This document shows positions 19,070-28,657 of a stretch of 43,558 nucleotides of DNA, piece by piece (positions within the stretch are counted from its first letter, which is position 1; each line of letters opens with the position of its first letter). The position numbers and the translations under genes are program-made. The notes beneath the pieces are model-generated. The model did no database searches. It had not been told where the DNA came from and saw only the letters and a program-made list of their open reading frames with translations. This DNA is from Promethearchaeota archaeon (GTDB lineage Archaea > Asgardarchaeota > Lokiarchaeia > Sigyniarchaeales > SOKP01), in the NCBI GenBank assembly GCA_018238625.1, contig JABCSY010000025.1, positions 1 to 43,558 on the forward strand, read 5' to 3'.

Positions 19070-22000
19070 ATGGCATCAATTTCCGATTTTGGAAAAGAAC
19101 ATAATATTGGCGATATTCTTAAAGATAATTTTGATGATTTAGTTTTTATTTTAAATGAAAACTTCGAATGCGAATATGTTAACGAAAAAGTTCATCTAGA
19201 AAAATTAGGCTACTCCTGTTTAGCTCATAAAATCTTAGATAACTTTTATTTCGACGATTTAGATCGAGGTTTGAATTTTCTTCAAAACGTCTTAGAAGCA
19301 GGAAAAGCAATCGAGCAGCTAAGGATTCGTCAAAATGAAGGATATGGATATTACGAATTAAAAGGAAAACGATTTATTAACGACGCTGATAAAGTTAAAA
19401 TATTAATAATTTCTCGAGACATCTCTAAATTTAAACAACAAGAAGAAGAATGGTATAAACGCGAGTTTAACTTAAGGAGATTAGCAGAAACCATGCCAGA
19501 ACTTCGATTCTGGAAACTAATGCAAACTAAAGGTGAGAAAACATCGTTTCAAAAATCGCGTGAGATGTTGGACTCCGTAATCGATAATATCCCTCAATTA
19601 ATTTATTGGAAAGATAAAAATCTAACCTATCTTGGCTGTAACCAAAATTATGCTTTAGTAAATAATATTGAAGATCCTGATTTTATTATCGGAAAAACTG
19701 ATGAGAATTTACCATGGGCAAAAGCTAACTTAAATTCAATTCAAGAAAATGAAAAAAGGGTTATGAAAACTAATCGAAGCGAAGAAAAGATTGAATCGTG
19801 GATATTAAGTAATGGAAGTAAAGCGTGGTTTGAAATAAACCGAGTACCACTTCATAATATTGAAGGGGATATCGTAGGAATTTTATGCACTTATAACAAT
19901 ATCACAAATAAAGTGAACGCTGAGCAAAAGTTAAAAGAATCTGAGAACAAATATAGAAGCATATTAGAAAACATTAAAGAAGGGTATTTTGAAGTTGATT
20001 TAAAAGGAATTTTTACGTTTTTCAATGAATCCTTTTGCGAAATGACGGGTTATTCAAAAGAAGAACTACTTGGGAAAAGTTATCAAAGTATGTCAGATGA
20101 ATTCAATAGGAAAAAAGTGTTTAACTTCTATAACCAAGTTTATAAAACAGAGGTGGAGCAACGTAATTTCCAGTTTGAGTTTTTTCAAAAAAATAGGCAA
20201 AAAATCGCAGTAAATTCATCAGTATATTTAAAATACGATGCTAAAGGTGCTAAATCTGGTTTTTGTGGAATGGTACAAGACTTTACAGAGAAAATTATTT
20301 TAGAAGAGAAACTTAAACACTCAGAAGAAAGATATGAATTGATATCAGAAAATGCAAATGATTTAATTTCTATTTTAAATCAAAATCTTAAATTTGAATA
20401 CATGAACGAAAAACCATGTTTATTAACATTAGGATATTCAAGAGACGAAATAATTAGAAAATCAGTTCTTGATTTTGTTCATCCCGATGATAAGAAGAAA
20501 GCAATTAAAAAATTAGTTGATGGTCTAGAAAAAGGTAAAAATGTTCTCGAACTTAGGATAAAACACAAAAAAGGTTATTGGGTGTGGATAGAAGTTAAAG
20601 GCAACGCTTTTAAAGATAAGGACGGTAAGATCAAAGGAATACTTATTGGAAGAGATATTACAGAACGCAAAGAAGCCAATAGAAGAATTAAAGAATCAGA
20701 AGAAAAATATCGTACTATTTTTAATGCCAGCCCTGAATTTATATATCTCACTGATTTAAAAGGCAATATATTGGATGCCAATCAAGCATTTCTAAAGAAA
20801 ACGAAAATAAGTTTAAACGAAACACAAAATAAACGAATTCTAGACTATTTTGTTGGAGAAAATCTCGAAGATTTAAAGGCAAAAATTAATGAATTGAGAG
20901 CAGGTAAAGTAATAACAAATCTTGAGGCTACAGTAGAAAACGTTCTGGGTGAAATTTATGATTGTGAAATAAATGCGGTTCCTTTGAAAGAAAACGGAAA
21001 AATTACTAAAGCTATAAGTTTTGCCAGAGACATAACCGCCCGTAAACAAGCGGAACAAAAATTAATTAGATCGGAGAAAAAATATCGACACTTATTTGAA
21101 AGTTCTCCGTTTTCCATATGGATAGTGGATTTAAAGGGAGTAATAATTGACTGTAATTCGACGATGAAGATATTACCCTCGAAATACGAGAGAGGTGACC
21201 TTATTGGAAAAAACTTTATGGAGGTTTTAACTTTATTCGATCGACCAGAATACTTTATTCCGCTTTTTAAAAACAATTTTGAAGGTTTTATTAATAATGA
21301 GAGATTAAAACCGTTAGAATTCAAAATGACTCGCGTAGATAAAGTGGAAAAATGGATGAATATACGAGCATCTAAGATTAAATTAGGAGATGAAACTTTG
21401 GTACAAGTTTTAATTCAGAACATTACTGAAAAGAAAGAAGCTGCCTTAAAATTAGAGAAGTCTGAAGAAGAATTAAAAATTTTGAATAGAGAACTTGAAG
21501 AAATAGTTTTTGAAAGAACGAAGGAGCTAAGAGAATCTGAACGTAAATATCGACACTTATTCGAAAATTCACCGTTCAGTATTGCGCTCTTAAATACTAA
21601 AGGTATAATCATTGATGTTAATTCTACAACTTCTAAATTATTCGGTTTTAAAAAAGATGACCTTATCGGTAAAAATTATTTAAAACTTTCATACCTTTTT
21701 CCTTCAGATACAAGACCAGGATTGAGAACGTTTCAGGAGCTAGATCGTAAAAAGGACCCAAAGAGTATCGTAATAAAACCTTCAACCGTACAAATATTTA
21801 ACAAAGATAACAAAATGATATGGGTTGAATCGGAATTATCCACTATTGAAATAGGTGGTGAATTAATGATTCAAGCAATAATACAAGATGTAACCGATAA
21901 AAAGATCGCAGAAGAGAAATTGAAAGAATCCGAACGAATGTTAAGGCAACAAAATATAGAACTAAAAGAATTTGATAGATTAAAAACCGATTTTATTAGC

Positions 22001-22663
22001 ATTGCCGCTCACGACTTAAAAACTCCGTTAATTTCGGTAGGGGGTTATATAGATTTAATATTACTAAGAGAGAAAGATTTAAAAGACGATATTAAAGAAG
22101 ATTTAAATCGAGTATTAAGCAATGTAGCCCGTTTGGAAAGTTACATTAATCGGTTATTGGACGTGATGAAAATAGATGCGGGCAAAATTGAAATAATTAA
22201 GAAGGTCGAAAATATTTACGATATAATAACAGATTGTCTTTCTGAATTAGAATACCAAATAAGTCAAAAAAATATAACTATAAACTTAAATGTCCCTGAG
22301 GATCTTGAACTAATAGTGGATCGATTTAGAATCACGCAAGTTTTCTCGAATATTTTATCAAACGCCGTGAAATTTTCTTCTAACGACGATATAATTAACA
22401 TTAATGTTTTGGAAGAAAACCAAAATTTTCTTTTTAAAATAGAGGACCACGGAAAGGGGTTAACTCTAAAAGAAATTGAAAAATTATTTGGTAAATTTGT
22501 TACAATTGGACAAGCCACTGAAAGTTATTCTGCCTTTGAAAAAGGAAGTGGATTAGGACTTTACATTAGTAAAGGAATGATTGAAGTACACGGTGGTAAA
22601 ATTTGGGTGGAATCAGAAGGAAGGGATAAGGGAGCCGAGTTTAGCTTTACTTTACCAAAGTAA
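19070..22663 (+). CDS. Cytoplasmic multi-PAS (about 7) sensor histidine kinase
   Basis: Repeated SE.KYR..FE...D..G / RDIT.RK PAS-PAC units. H-box AAHDLKTPL, N-box NILSNAVKF, DHGKG, GSGLGL. Confidence 0.95.
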   Translation: MASISDFGKEHNIGDILKDNFDDLVFILNENFECEYVNEKVHLEKLGYSCLAHKILDNFYFDDLDRGLNFLQNVLEAGKAIEQLRIRQNEGYGYYELKGKRFINDADKVKILIISRDISKFKQQEEEWYKREFNLRRLAETMPELRFWKLMQTKGEKTSFQKSREMLDSVIDNIPQLIYWKDKNLTYLGCNQNYALVNNIEDPDFIIGKTDENLPWAKANLNSIQENEKRVMKTNRSEEKIESWILSNGSKAWFEINRVPLHNIEGDIVGILCTYNNITNKVNAEQKLKESENKYRSILENIKEGYFEVDLKGIFTFFNESFCEMTGYSKEELLGKSYQSMSDEFNRKKVFNFYNQVYKTEVEQRNFQFEFFQKNRQKIAVNSSVYLKYDAKGAKSGFCGMVQDFTEKIILEEKLKHSEERYELISENANDLISILNQNLKFEYMNEKPCLLTLGYSRDEIIRKSVLDFVHPDDKKKAIKKLVDGLEKGKNVLELRIKHKKGYWVWIEVKGNAFKDKDGKIKGILIGRDITERKEANRRIKESEEKYRTIFNASPEFIYLTDLKGNILDANQAFLKKTKISLNETQNKRILDYFVGENLEDLKAKINELRAGKVITNLEATVENVLGEIYDCEINAVPLKENGKITKAISFARDITARKQAEQKLIRSEKKYRHLFESSPFSIWIVDLKGVIIDCNSTMKILPSKYERGDLIGKNFMEVLTLFDRPEYFIPLFKNNFEGFINNERLKPLEFKMTRVDKVEKWMNIRASKIKLGDETLVQVLIQNITEKKEAALKLEKSEEELKILNRELEEIVFERTKELRESERKYRHLFENSPFSIALLNTKGIIIDVNSTTSKLFGFKKDDLIGKNYLKLSYLFPSDTRPGLRTFQELDRKKDPKSIVIKPSTVQIFNKDNKMIWVESELSTIEIGGELMIQAIIQDVTDKKIAEEKLKESERMLRQQNIELKEFDRLKTDFISIAAHDLKTPLISVGGYIDLILLREKDLKDDIKEDLNRVLSNVARLESYINRLLDVMKIDAGKIEIIKKVENIYDIITDCLSELEYQISQKNITINLNVPEDLELIVDRFRITQVFSNILSNAVKFSSNDDIININVLEENQNFLFKIEDHGKGLTLKEIEKLFGKFVTIGQATESYSAFEKGSGLGLYISKGMIEVHGGKIWVESEGRDKGAEFSFTLPK

Positions 22664-22876
22664 TAAATTTGAAATCTATTCCGGTAATTGAGAGTTGAGT
22701 AGTGAAAATAATAAATACATAATAGTAAATTATAATAAGGTAAATTATCTTATTTCTCTTGAAATTTTTCATTTATAAGTAAGCAAGCAATTAGTAATTT
22801 AAGTTTCTGTTAACTTTTATAATCGAATGAAATTACTTTAATATAAAAGCGAATTTAGCTAAAGAAAAATAGTTTA

Positions 22877-25063
22877 ATGACGATTTTAATAATATCGGAA
22901 AAAAATAAAGCCGCAAAGGCAATAGCCGAAGCATTAGGTCCTGTTACGATTATAAGCAAAACAAAATTCTTAAAAGTATATCGGGTAAATTCTAAGGATA
23001 TTTACGTTGTTCCTCTTCGAGGACATATTTTAGAGTATAAAAACACCGATCAATATAAAAGTTGGACGAAATCTAACCCTAGGGAAATAATTACGAATCC
23101 AAGCGCAATCGAAAAAGCCTCCAAAAGTTATTCTCGACCATATATTAGCGCGCTAAAAGAGTACGCTAGATTATGCGACGAATGCGTTATCGGTACCGAT
23201 GCGGATATTGAAGGATGTAACATTGGACTTTTCGACGCCTTACCGTTCGTTATTAAAGCTAATAAAACGATTAAGGTGCGTCAGCTATGGTTAAGCTCGT
23301 TACAAAAAAAAGAGATTATTTCTAAATATTCAAATTTGATAAATCCAAAGTGGAGTTGGGGTGAGACAGGCGAGGCAAGAGCAATAATTGACGCAGTAAT
23401 TGGGTTTTCAAGCACTAGAGAGGTTACAAATACGCTCAGACCACTTTTAACCGAGATTAATGCTAAGTTTGTGTCGATAGGAAGGGTACAAACGTCTCTG
23501 CTCTATTTAATATTTTTAAGGGACCAAGAAATAGGTCACTTTGTACCTGAACCATATTGGACAATTAAAGCGAACTTAAGCTATAAAACCCATATACTAA
23601 AAGCCTTCCACGATAAGAACCCTTTTATTAAAGAGAAAGAACTTGAAGCAAAAAACATTCATCATAAAATAAAAAATGAAAAAATAGCTGTAATATTGAG
23701 CAATAGTAAAAATACTAATGTTATAAACCCTCCAACGCCTTTAAATACTTCAAAAGCGCTTGTTTTATTAACTAGGAAATTAAAGATTAGCGCAAACGCT
23801 GCCATGAACGCCATGAACGCGCTCTACTTAAATAAGATAATTTCTTATCCTAGGACCGATAGCGATAAATACCAAACAAATTTTAACCATACCCAATATT
23901 TGGATAAATTCAAACTTCACACTAACTATGGAACTTACACATCAAAATTGTTAACTCAAAAACACGTAACTCCTACAATAGGGAAAGTTGACGCCGGAGA
24001 TCATCCTCCCATTACTCCCTTAGAGAGCTTGGAACAAAATAGCTCTAGATTTGAACATAACATTCAAAGAAGAGTTTACGATTTGTTAGCTCGACATTAT
24101 TTAGCTCTTTTTGGAGAACAGGCAAAAGAATCGAGGACAATTTTAAAAATATCTATAAAAGAAGAACCATTTACATCACGATTGGTTTCGTTAGTCTCAA
24201 CTGGGTTTTATGGAATTGCGCCTTTCTTAAAGAAATCCTATCAACCAACGATAGAGATCGATGCAAAGCAGCTTCCAATTAAGGATATTCAATTAAACGC
24301 AAAAGAAACTCAACCCCCACCAAAATACACTGATACTACTCTTTTGAAATTGATGGAGAGAGAACACTTAGGAACTAAATCGACTCGTCCAACTATAATA
24401 AAAATACTTATAGACCGCAAATTAATCTTGCGAATTGACAAAAACCGTTTTAAAACAACGGAGTGGGGCAAATTTATAATAGAAGAGCTAATTAAAGTAT
24501 GGCTACCATTCTTAAAACCTGAATTTACGCGATTTGTGGAAAAATTACTCGAAGACATAAAGGAAAAAAGGAAGTCTAAAGAAGAAGTTTTAAAAATTGT
24601 AAAAAAGATTTTCCTTGAATTGTTTGATAAGTTCCTTAACAACAAAAATGCTATTACGGTAAGATTCGATAGCGTTAAAGCTAATTTAAAAATAGCAATG
24701 CAACAGGACTTTAAACAAAAAAGATTTCCAATGACTACTGCTAATTGCCCAACTTGTAAAAAAGTTCCAATGAAACTAGTTACGACCTCGCAAAAGAAAA
24801 GGTTTCTCGCGTGTTCAGACGCAAACTGCAAATCTTATCTCTCCGTTCCTAAAACAGGTAGAATTACAATATTAAAATCTTCCTTCTGCTCGTTATGTGG
24901 ATTTAATGTCTTTAAAATTGTGAAAAGAAAAAATGGTAAGCCTTTACCTTATTACATTTGCCCAAAATGTTGGAGCGCTAGCTTTAAGAACGATTCTGTT
25001 AATGGATTTTGTTCTAAATGTGAAACTCATAAAATATTAAATGAACAGTGCGTAAAAAAATAA
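22877..25063 (+). CDS. topA: Type IA DNA topoisomerase with C-terminal zinc fingers
   Basis: Toprim ISEK and GTDADIEG, SIGRVQT, catalytic ISYPRTD, DHPPITP, LGTKSTR, several CxxC pairs. Confidence 0.93.
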   Translation: MTILIISEKNKAAKAIAEALGPVTIISKTKFLKVYRVNSKDIYVVPLRGHILEYKNTDQYKSWTKSNPREIITNPSAIEKASKSYSRPYISALKEYARLCDECVIGTDADIEGCNIGLFDALPFVIKANKTIKVRQLWLSSLQKKEIISKYSNLINPKWSWGETGEARAIIDAVIGFSSTREVTNTLRPLLTEINAKFVSIGRVQTSLLYLIFLRDQEIGHFVPEPYWTIKANLSYKTHILKAFHDKNPFIKEKELEAKNIHHKIKNEKIAVILSNSKNTNVINPPTPLNTSKALVLLTRKLKISANAAMNAMNALYLNKIISYPRTDSDKYQTNFNHTQYLDKFKLHTNYGTYTSKLLTQKHVTPTIGKVDAGDHPPITPLESLEQNSSRFEHNIQRRVYDLLARHYLALFGEQAKESRTILKISIKEEPFTSRLVSLVSTGFYGIAPFLKKSYQPTIEIDAKQLPIKDIQLNAKETQPPPKYTDTTLLKLMEREHLGTKSTRPTIIKILIDRKLILRIDKNRFKTTEWGKFIIEELIKVWLPFLKPEFTRFVEKLLEDIKEKRKSKEEVLKIVKKIFLELFDKFLNNKNAITVRFDSVKANLKIAMQQDFKQKRFPMTTANCPTCKKVPMKLVTTSQKKRFLACSDANCKSYLSVPKTGRITILKSSFCSLCGFNVFKIVKRKNGKPLPYYICPKCWSASFKNDSVNGFCSKCETHKILNEQCVKK

Positions 25064-25117
25064 GATAAAAAATAAGCATCAAAAAAAAGAATAAATAGTA
25101 AAAAGACTTTACAATTA

Positions 25118-25501
25118 CTAATCCATTTTGGGTGTATATTTGTTATAAGCAGCTCGAGTAAGACCTACGTAATTATCGGAAATCTTATAATACAACTTTC
25201 CGTTAACTACTTTCTTTTCAAGATAGTCGCTTTTTAAACTGTGGTTCAAAGCATGGATCATCGTCCCTAAAGTAACGGCACCCATGTATTTATGTTGCTT
25301 TTTTGCGATCCTTATCAAATCTAATTCCGAATGCCAAACGCCATCAATTAACCCGACTAATATTTCTTTTTTGATAGGAGCTTTAATTTCTTTAATTTTG
25401 TTAAACAATTGAGAGTAATCTGGTTTATAATATTTTTTCAAGACTTTTGCTTGTTCATATCTATTTTTTGGAAAACCTAATTCCATATTTAAAAACACCA
25501 C
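25118..25501 (-). CDS. Small basic winged-helix-like protein
   Basis: IKKEILVGL...SELDLIR...GAVTLGTMI...LEKK...YYKIS helix-helix-wing pattern. Confidence 0.6.
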   Translation of the reverse strand: MVFLNMELGFPKNRYEQAKVLKKYYKPDYSQLFNKIKEIKAPIKKEILVGLIDGVWHSELDLIRIAKKQHKYMGAVTLGTMIHALNHSLKSDYLEKKVVNGKLYYKISDNYVGLTRAAYNKYTPKMD

Positions 25502-25636
25502 TTAAGATGATATTATATTAAGAAATAATACCCAAGTAATAGTTTTAATAAATTGTAATACGCTTGTAATACGTTTATCGTAAAAATACAATTGAAAACG
25601 AGTAAAATTTATCTTGAACGAACTTTGAACTATTTA

Positions 25637-26752
25637 CTATAATAGGTTCTCTGGGATGCCATCTTTAAAATATTTAGCACGCGTTACCCAATTACTTTGA
25701 AATTCAGGAATGCTAGCTAAGATCGAGCCACCAACCCAAACAGAAAAGACTCTTTCTCGAGGTGCTATAATTTTGATCACTTGGTTCTTTTTCTTTCTCC
25801 GTGCTAATTCAAATTCTAATTCTTGATACATTCTAGATTTGAAATTTGGAAACATCGAAGAGCCTCCAGATAGAAAGATGTTATTCAATAAGTCTGGGCG
25901 GATATCGACGTCACACATTTCAATTACGTCCATAATGGCTTCTGTTAAAGAATCTTCTTCCAAATCTAATGCTGGATTAAAAAAAAGCTCAGGTACAGCA
26001 AATCTTTCTTTACTCAAAGAAATGGTAGAACCATCTGGTAGAGAATATTCTTTTTCATATTGTTCAACTCTTTTTAAATCTTCTTTATAATCGAGCGAGA
26101 CGAAGCAAGCTTTTTCTTTGAGAGCTCTTACCAGTTCTTTTCTAATTGAAGAGTCAGCTGAAAAGCCACTTTCTCCTAATATTTTTTCCATGTACTTTGT
26201 TAAGGTTCTTCCACCAATCTCAAGAATCCTTACTGCATGGTCTAACTTGTATCCCTCGTAAATTGGCACTATTCTCGTAATACTATCCCCTATCTCAACC
26301 ACTAACCCTGTTTGAAATCCTCCAGCATATAAAGTAAGCATAGAATCTAAAACGGGATAAAACGCGTTGCACTGGTATTTTTCTAAAAACAATTCAAATA
26401 ACCGCTTTATATCCCCGTATGGAAACAATGGGTGTACGGCAAATAGTACGTTGACTAAAGATGGATCAACTCTTAAATTGTAGAAAATATAATCAATTAT
26501 TTTTTCAAACGAGAGCCAGTCTTGAATTATTCCTTTATCTATAGGATAAAAAACTTTATACAAACCTATTGATTGGATTTCGTCCCCTACATAATATTCG
26601 TCTTGTTTAATACCCGCGTATTCGTAATCGATCTGCCTATATTTAGGTTTTCCTACTATGGTAAAAAAGATTTGAGTTGGCATATCTTCCCCAGCATAAC
26701 CGGCTTTTGTCGAGAATTGCCCAATATCCAAAACAACAGTAAGATTGCCCAT
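25637..26752 (-). CDS. Actin-family protein (divergent Asgard actin-related protein)
   Basis: Collinear with actin: VVLDIG..STKAGYAGED.P, YVGDE, YPI..GII.DW, GD...IVPIYEGY, LKEKACFV, YSLPDG, ERF.VPE.FF.P, CDVDIR.DL..NI.LSGGSSMFP, R..SVWVGGSILAS. Confidence 0.95.
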   Translation of the reverse strand: MGNLTVVLDIGQFSTKAGYAGEDMPTQIFFTIVGKPKYRQIDYEYAGIKQDEYYVGDEIQSIGLYKVFYPIDKGIIQDWLSFEKIIDYIFYNLRVDPSLVNVLFAVHPLFPYGDIKRLFELFLEKYQCNAFYPVLDSMLTLYAGGFQTGLVVEIGDSITRIVPIYEGYKLDHAVRILEIGGRTLTKYMEKILGESGFSADSSIRKELVRALKEKACFVSLDYKEDLKRVEQYEKEYSLPDGSTISLSKERFAVPELFFNPALDLEEDSLTEAIMDVIEMCDVDIRPDLLNNIFLSGGSSMFPNFKSRMYQELEFELARRKKKNQVIKIIAPRERVFSVWVGGSILASIPEFQSNWVTRAKYFKDGIPENLL

Positions 26753-26777
26753 AATTTCTATTATTATACAATGCTTA

Positions 26778-26797
26778 ATTAATATAACTTATTTTCT
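26778..26797 (-). promoter_or_regulatory. Candidate archaeal BRE/TATA promoter for the actin-related gene
   Basis: Minus strand reads AGAAAATAAG-TTATAT about 30-35 nt before the ATG at 26752. AT-rich background makes this weak. Confidence 0.35.
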
Positions 26798-26822
26798 AAT
26801 TCTCCAATTAATCTATTTATTT

Positions 26823-27569
26823 TTAGATTAATAAAATCTTCAAAGGAGTGTATTCTGTCATCGGAATATAAGCTTCTCCATACTTTGAATTAATTTCGTT
26901 ACCGCGTAAAATTGAAGTATCTTCAGCCCAATCCAAAACTCTTTCTAACACTTCTTTCTGAGATTTATAAACCTTATTAAAAATTTCTTTTTTTTCTACC
27001 CAATATTTTTCAATATTAACTATTACAAAGACAGAACCTTCTATATATTGAAATTTACAAGAGGGCGATTCGTAATAATATACCCCTAGAGGTTTCCAGT
27101 TTCTCTCGTGTCCTCCGTAGGCTTTTCCCGTCGAACAATGATAAATAGCTTCTCTTGTAATTAAAGATAAATTCCTATGAACTCTATGAAAATCTGAAAA
27201 GTGGGGTAATAAAATCACCTGAGGGCGGAAGTCTCTTATAAGATTTGTGACTTCAGAGATTATTTCTCTTTTGACTTCCAAATCTGAATATCCTAATTCG
27301 ATAACCCTACACTTTAAAGCAGTTCTGACTAAATCCAGTTCTTGTTTTCGCTGTTCTAAGATATTCTCCTTGTGGGCAGTTTTAGCATATCCACCTAACC
27401 CACTTGTAGCTACTACTACAATAATTTCGGAGCCTAATGCTTGATATTTAAGAATTGTTCCGCCACATGAGACAATTTCGTCATCTGGATGACCCGCAAA
27501 GACCATTAATCGTTTAGGAACAACAATCGGAATATCTTTTTCAGTTACAAGAAAATTTTTTATCTCCAC
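26823..27569 (-). CDS. PIG-L/LmbE family Zn-dependent N-deacetylase
   Basis: FAGHPDDE..CGGT, R..E, IRDFRP, D.H..H, KSQ, YGEAY. Confidence 0.9.
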   Translation of the reverse strand: MEIKNFLVTEKDIPIVVPKRLMVFAGHPDDEIVSCGGTILKYQALGSEIIVVVATSGLGGYAKTAHKENILEQRKQELDLVRTALKCRVIELGYSDLEVKREIISEVTNLIRDFRPQVILLPHFSDFHRVHRNLSLITREAIYHCSTGKAYGGHERNWKPLGVYYYESPSCKFQYIEGSVFVIVNIEKYWVEKKEIFNKVYKSQKEVLERVLDWAEDTSILRGNEINSKYGEAYIPMTEYTPLKILLI

Positions 27570-27651
27570 AAATAATGTCTTCTCGTTTTAGGATTTAAAA
27601 TTTTGCGAATTATTACAATAAAAATAAAAAAATGCTAGAAGTATATCGCTT

Positions 27652-28362
27652 TTATTCTCCTCTCATTATTTTCTTTAGGCGATTTAACTCTTCTAACATT
27701 TCATCGCGTAAAGAACTCAATCCTCCTCCCGCACTAGGTGCCGTTGCTGGGGCCGCTATAGGAGCTGCAGGTCGAGGGGGTGCACCCGATACGGGCGCAG
27801 CGGGAGGTGCTGGTCTTTTGGCAAATGATGGAGCTTGAACTACTCCCGAATTAGGAGCTTGTGGAGGTCCACCAGATGTTGGAGGTAATTTTGGAGCCGG
27901 TGGTAGATTAGCGCGCTTAGGAGGAACGCCAGCCTTTGGAGCTTGTGGAGGTCCACTTGTTGCGGGTCTCTTTGGAGGTCCACCGGAAGCTGGAGCTTTT
28001 GGAGGACCGCTTCCAGGTTTCTTAGGGGGAACGCCAATTGCGGGAGCCATGCTCGCTTGAGCAGTAGCAGGTGCATGTTGTGCAGAACCGGCACTACCGC
28101 TCAATAAACTAAATAATGTGCTCGCAGCAGCAGTCTTTGCAGTTCCACTTGCGGGAGCAACAACTTTTTTAGAAGAACTACTAACAGTTTGAACTTCTGG
28201 TTTTAATGAAACTTCTTTCAAATCCTTTAACGCTTTATTTAACGACTTTATGAAATCGTTTATTCCCTTAACTGTGTCGTCTAGGTCGTCACTTAACGAT
28301 TGTAGACCTTTTTTCATAAAGTTTACGACGCGCTCTATCTTTTTGTATTCCTTAGAAACCAA
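27652..28362 (-). CDS. Coiled-coil / Pro-Ala-Gly-rich / C-terminal amphipathic-helix (WH2-like) protein
   Basis: N-terminal heptads, repeated (S)GGPP[KQ][AR]P units, C-terminus GGGLSSLRDEMLEELNRLKKIMRGE. GAGG SD before a TTG start. Confidence 0.8.
   Translation of the reverse strand: MVSKEYKKIERVVNFMKKGLQSLSDDLDDTVKGINDFIKSLNKALKDLKEVSLKPEVQTVSSSSKKVVAPASGTAKTAAASTLFSLLSGSAGSAQHAPATAQASMAPAIGVPPKKPGSGPPKAPASGGPPKRPATSGPPQAPKAGVPPKRANLPPAPKLPPTSGGPPQAPNSGVVQAPSFAKRPAPPAAPVSGAPPRPAAPIAAPATAPSAGGGLSSLRDEMLEELNRLKKIMRGE
27854..27956. repeat. 19-bp internal direct repeat in the Pro-rich gene
   Basis: GGAGCTTGTGGAGGTCCAC at 27854-27872 and 27938-27956 (GPPQAP units). Confidence 0.9.
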
Positions 28363-28657
28363 TATTTAATCAATTCCTCTAATTTTTCTAATCTATTATA
28401 AGTAGAATAATTTAGTAATATAGTAGTAATTGTATTATATTAATTTATATTTTTATTTTTAATTTTTTATAATACTTGAATATGGATATATGGAAAAAAT
28501 ATCAATGGTCTGAGTTTATTTTGCTAGTTTTATTATTCGAACATTCTTGAACTCTATAAAAAAAAAACAATTAAAAGTGCCAAATCTTATAATATTATAT
28601 ATCATTCTTCATTTGAAAATTTAATAATTATTTTTTAATATTAATAGGTGTTAAAGT

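Noticed and set aside
23801-23820. 9-bp tandem GCCATGAAC in topA (AMNAMNA)
   Set aside because: In frame, two copies, and it fits the normal helix before LY...ISYPRT.
25637-26752. Canonical Lokiactin
   Set aside because: Too many substitutions in the phosphate loops, Q137/H161, D-loop and C-terminus.
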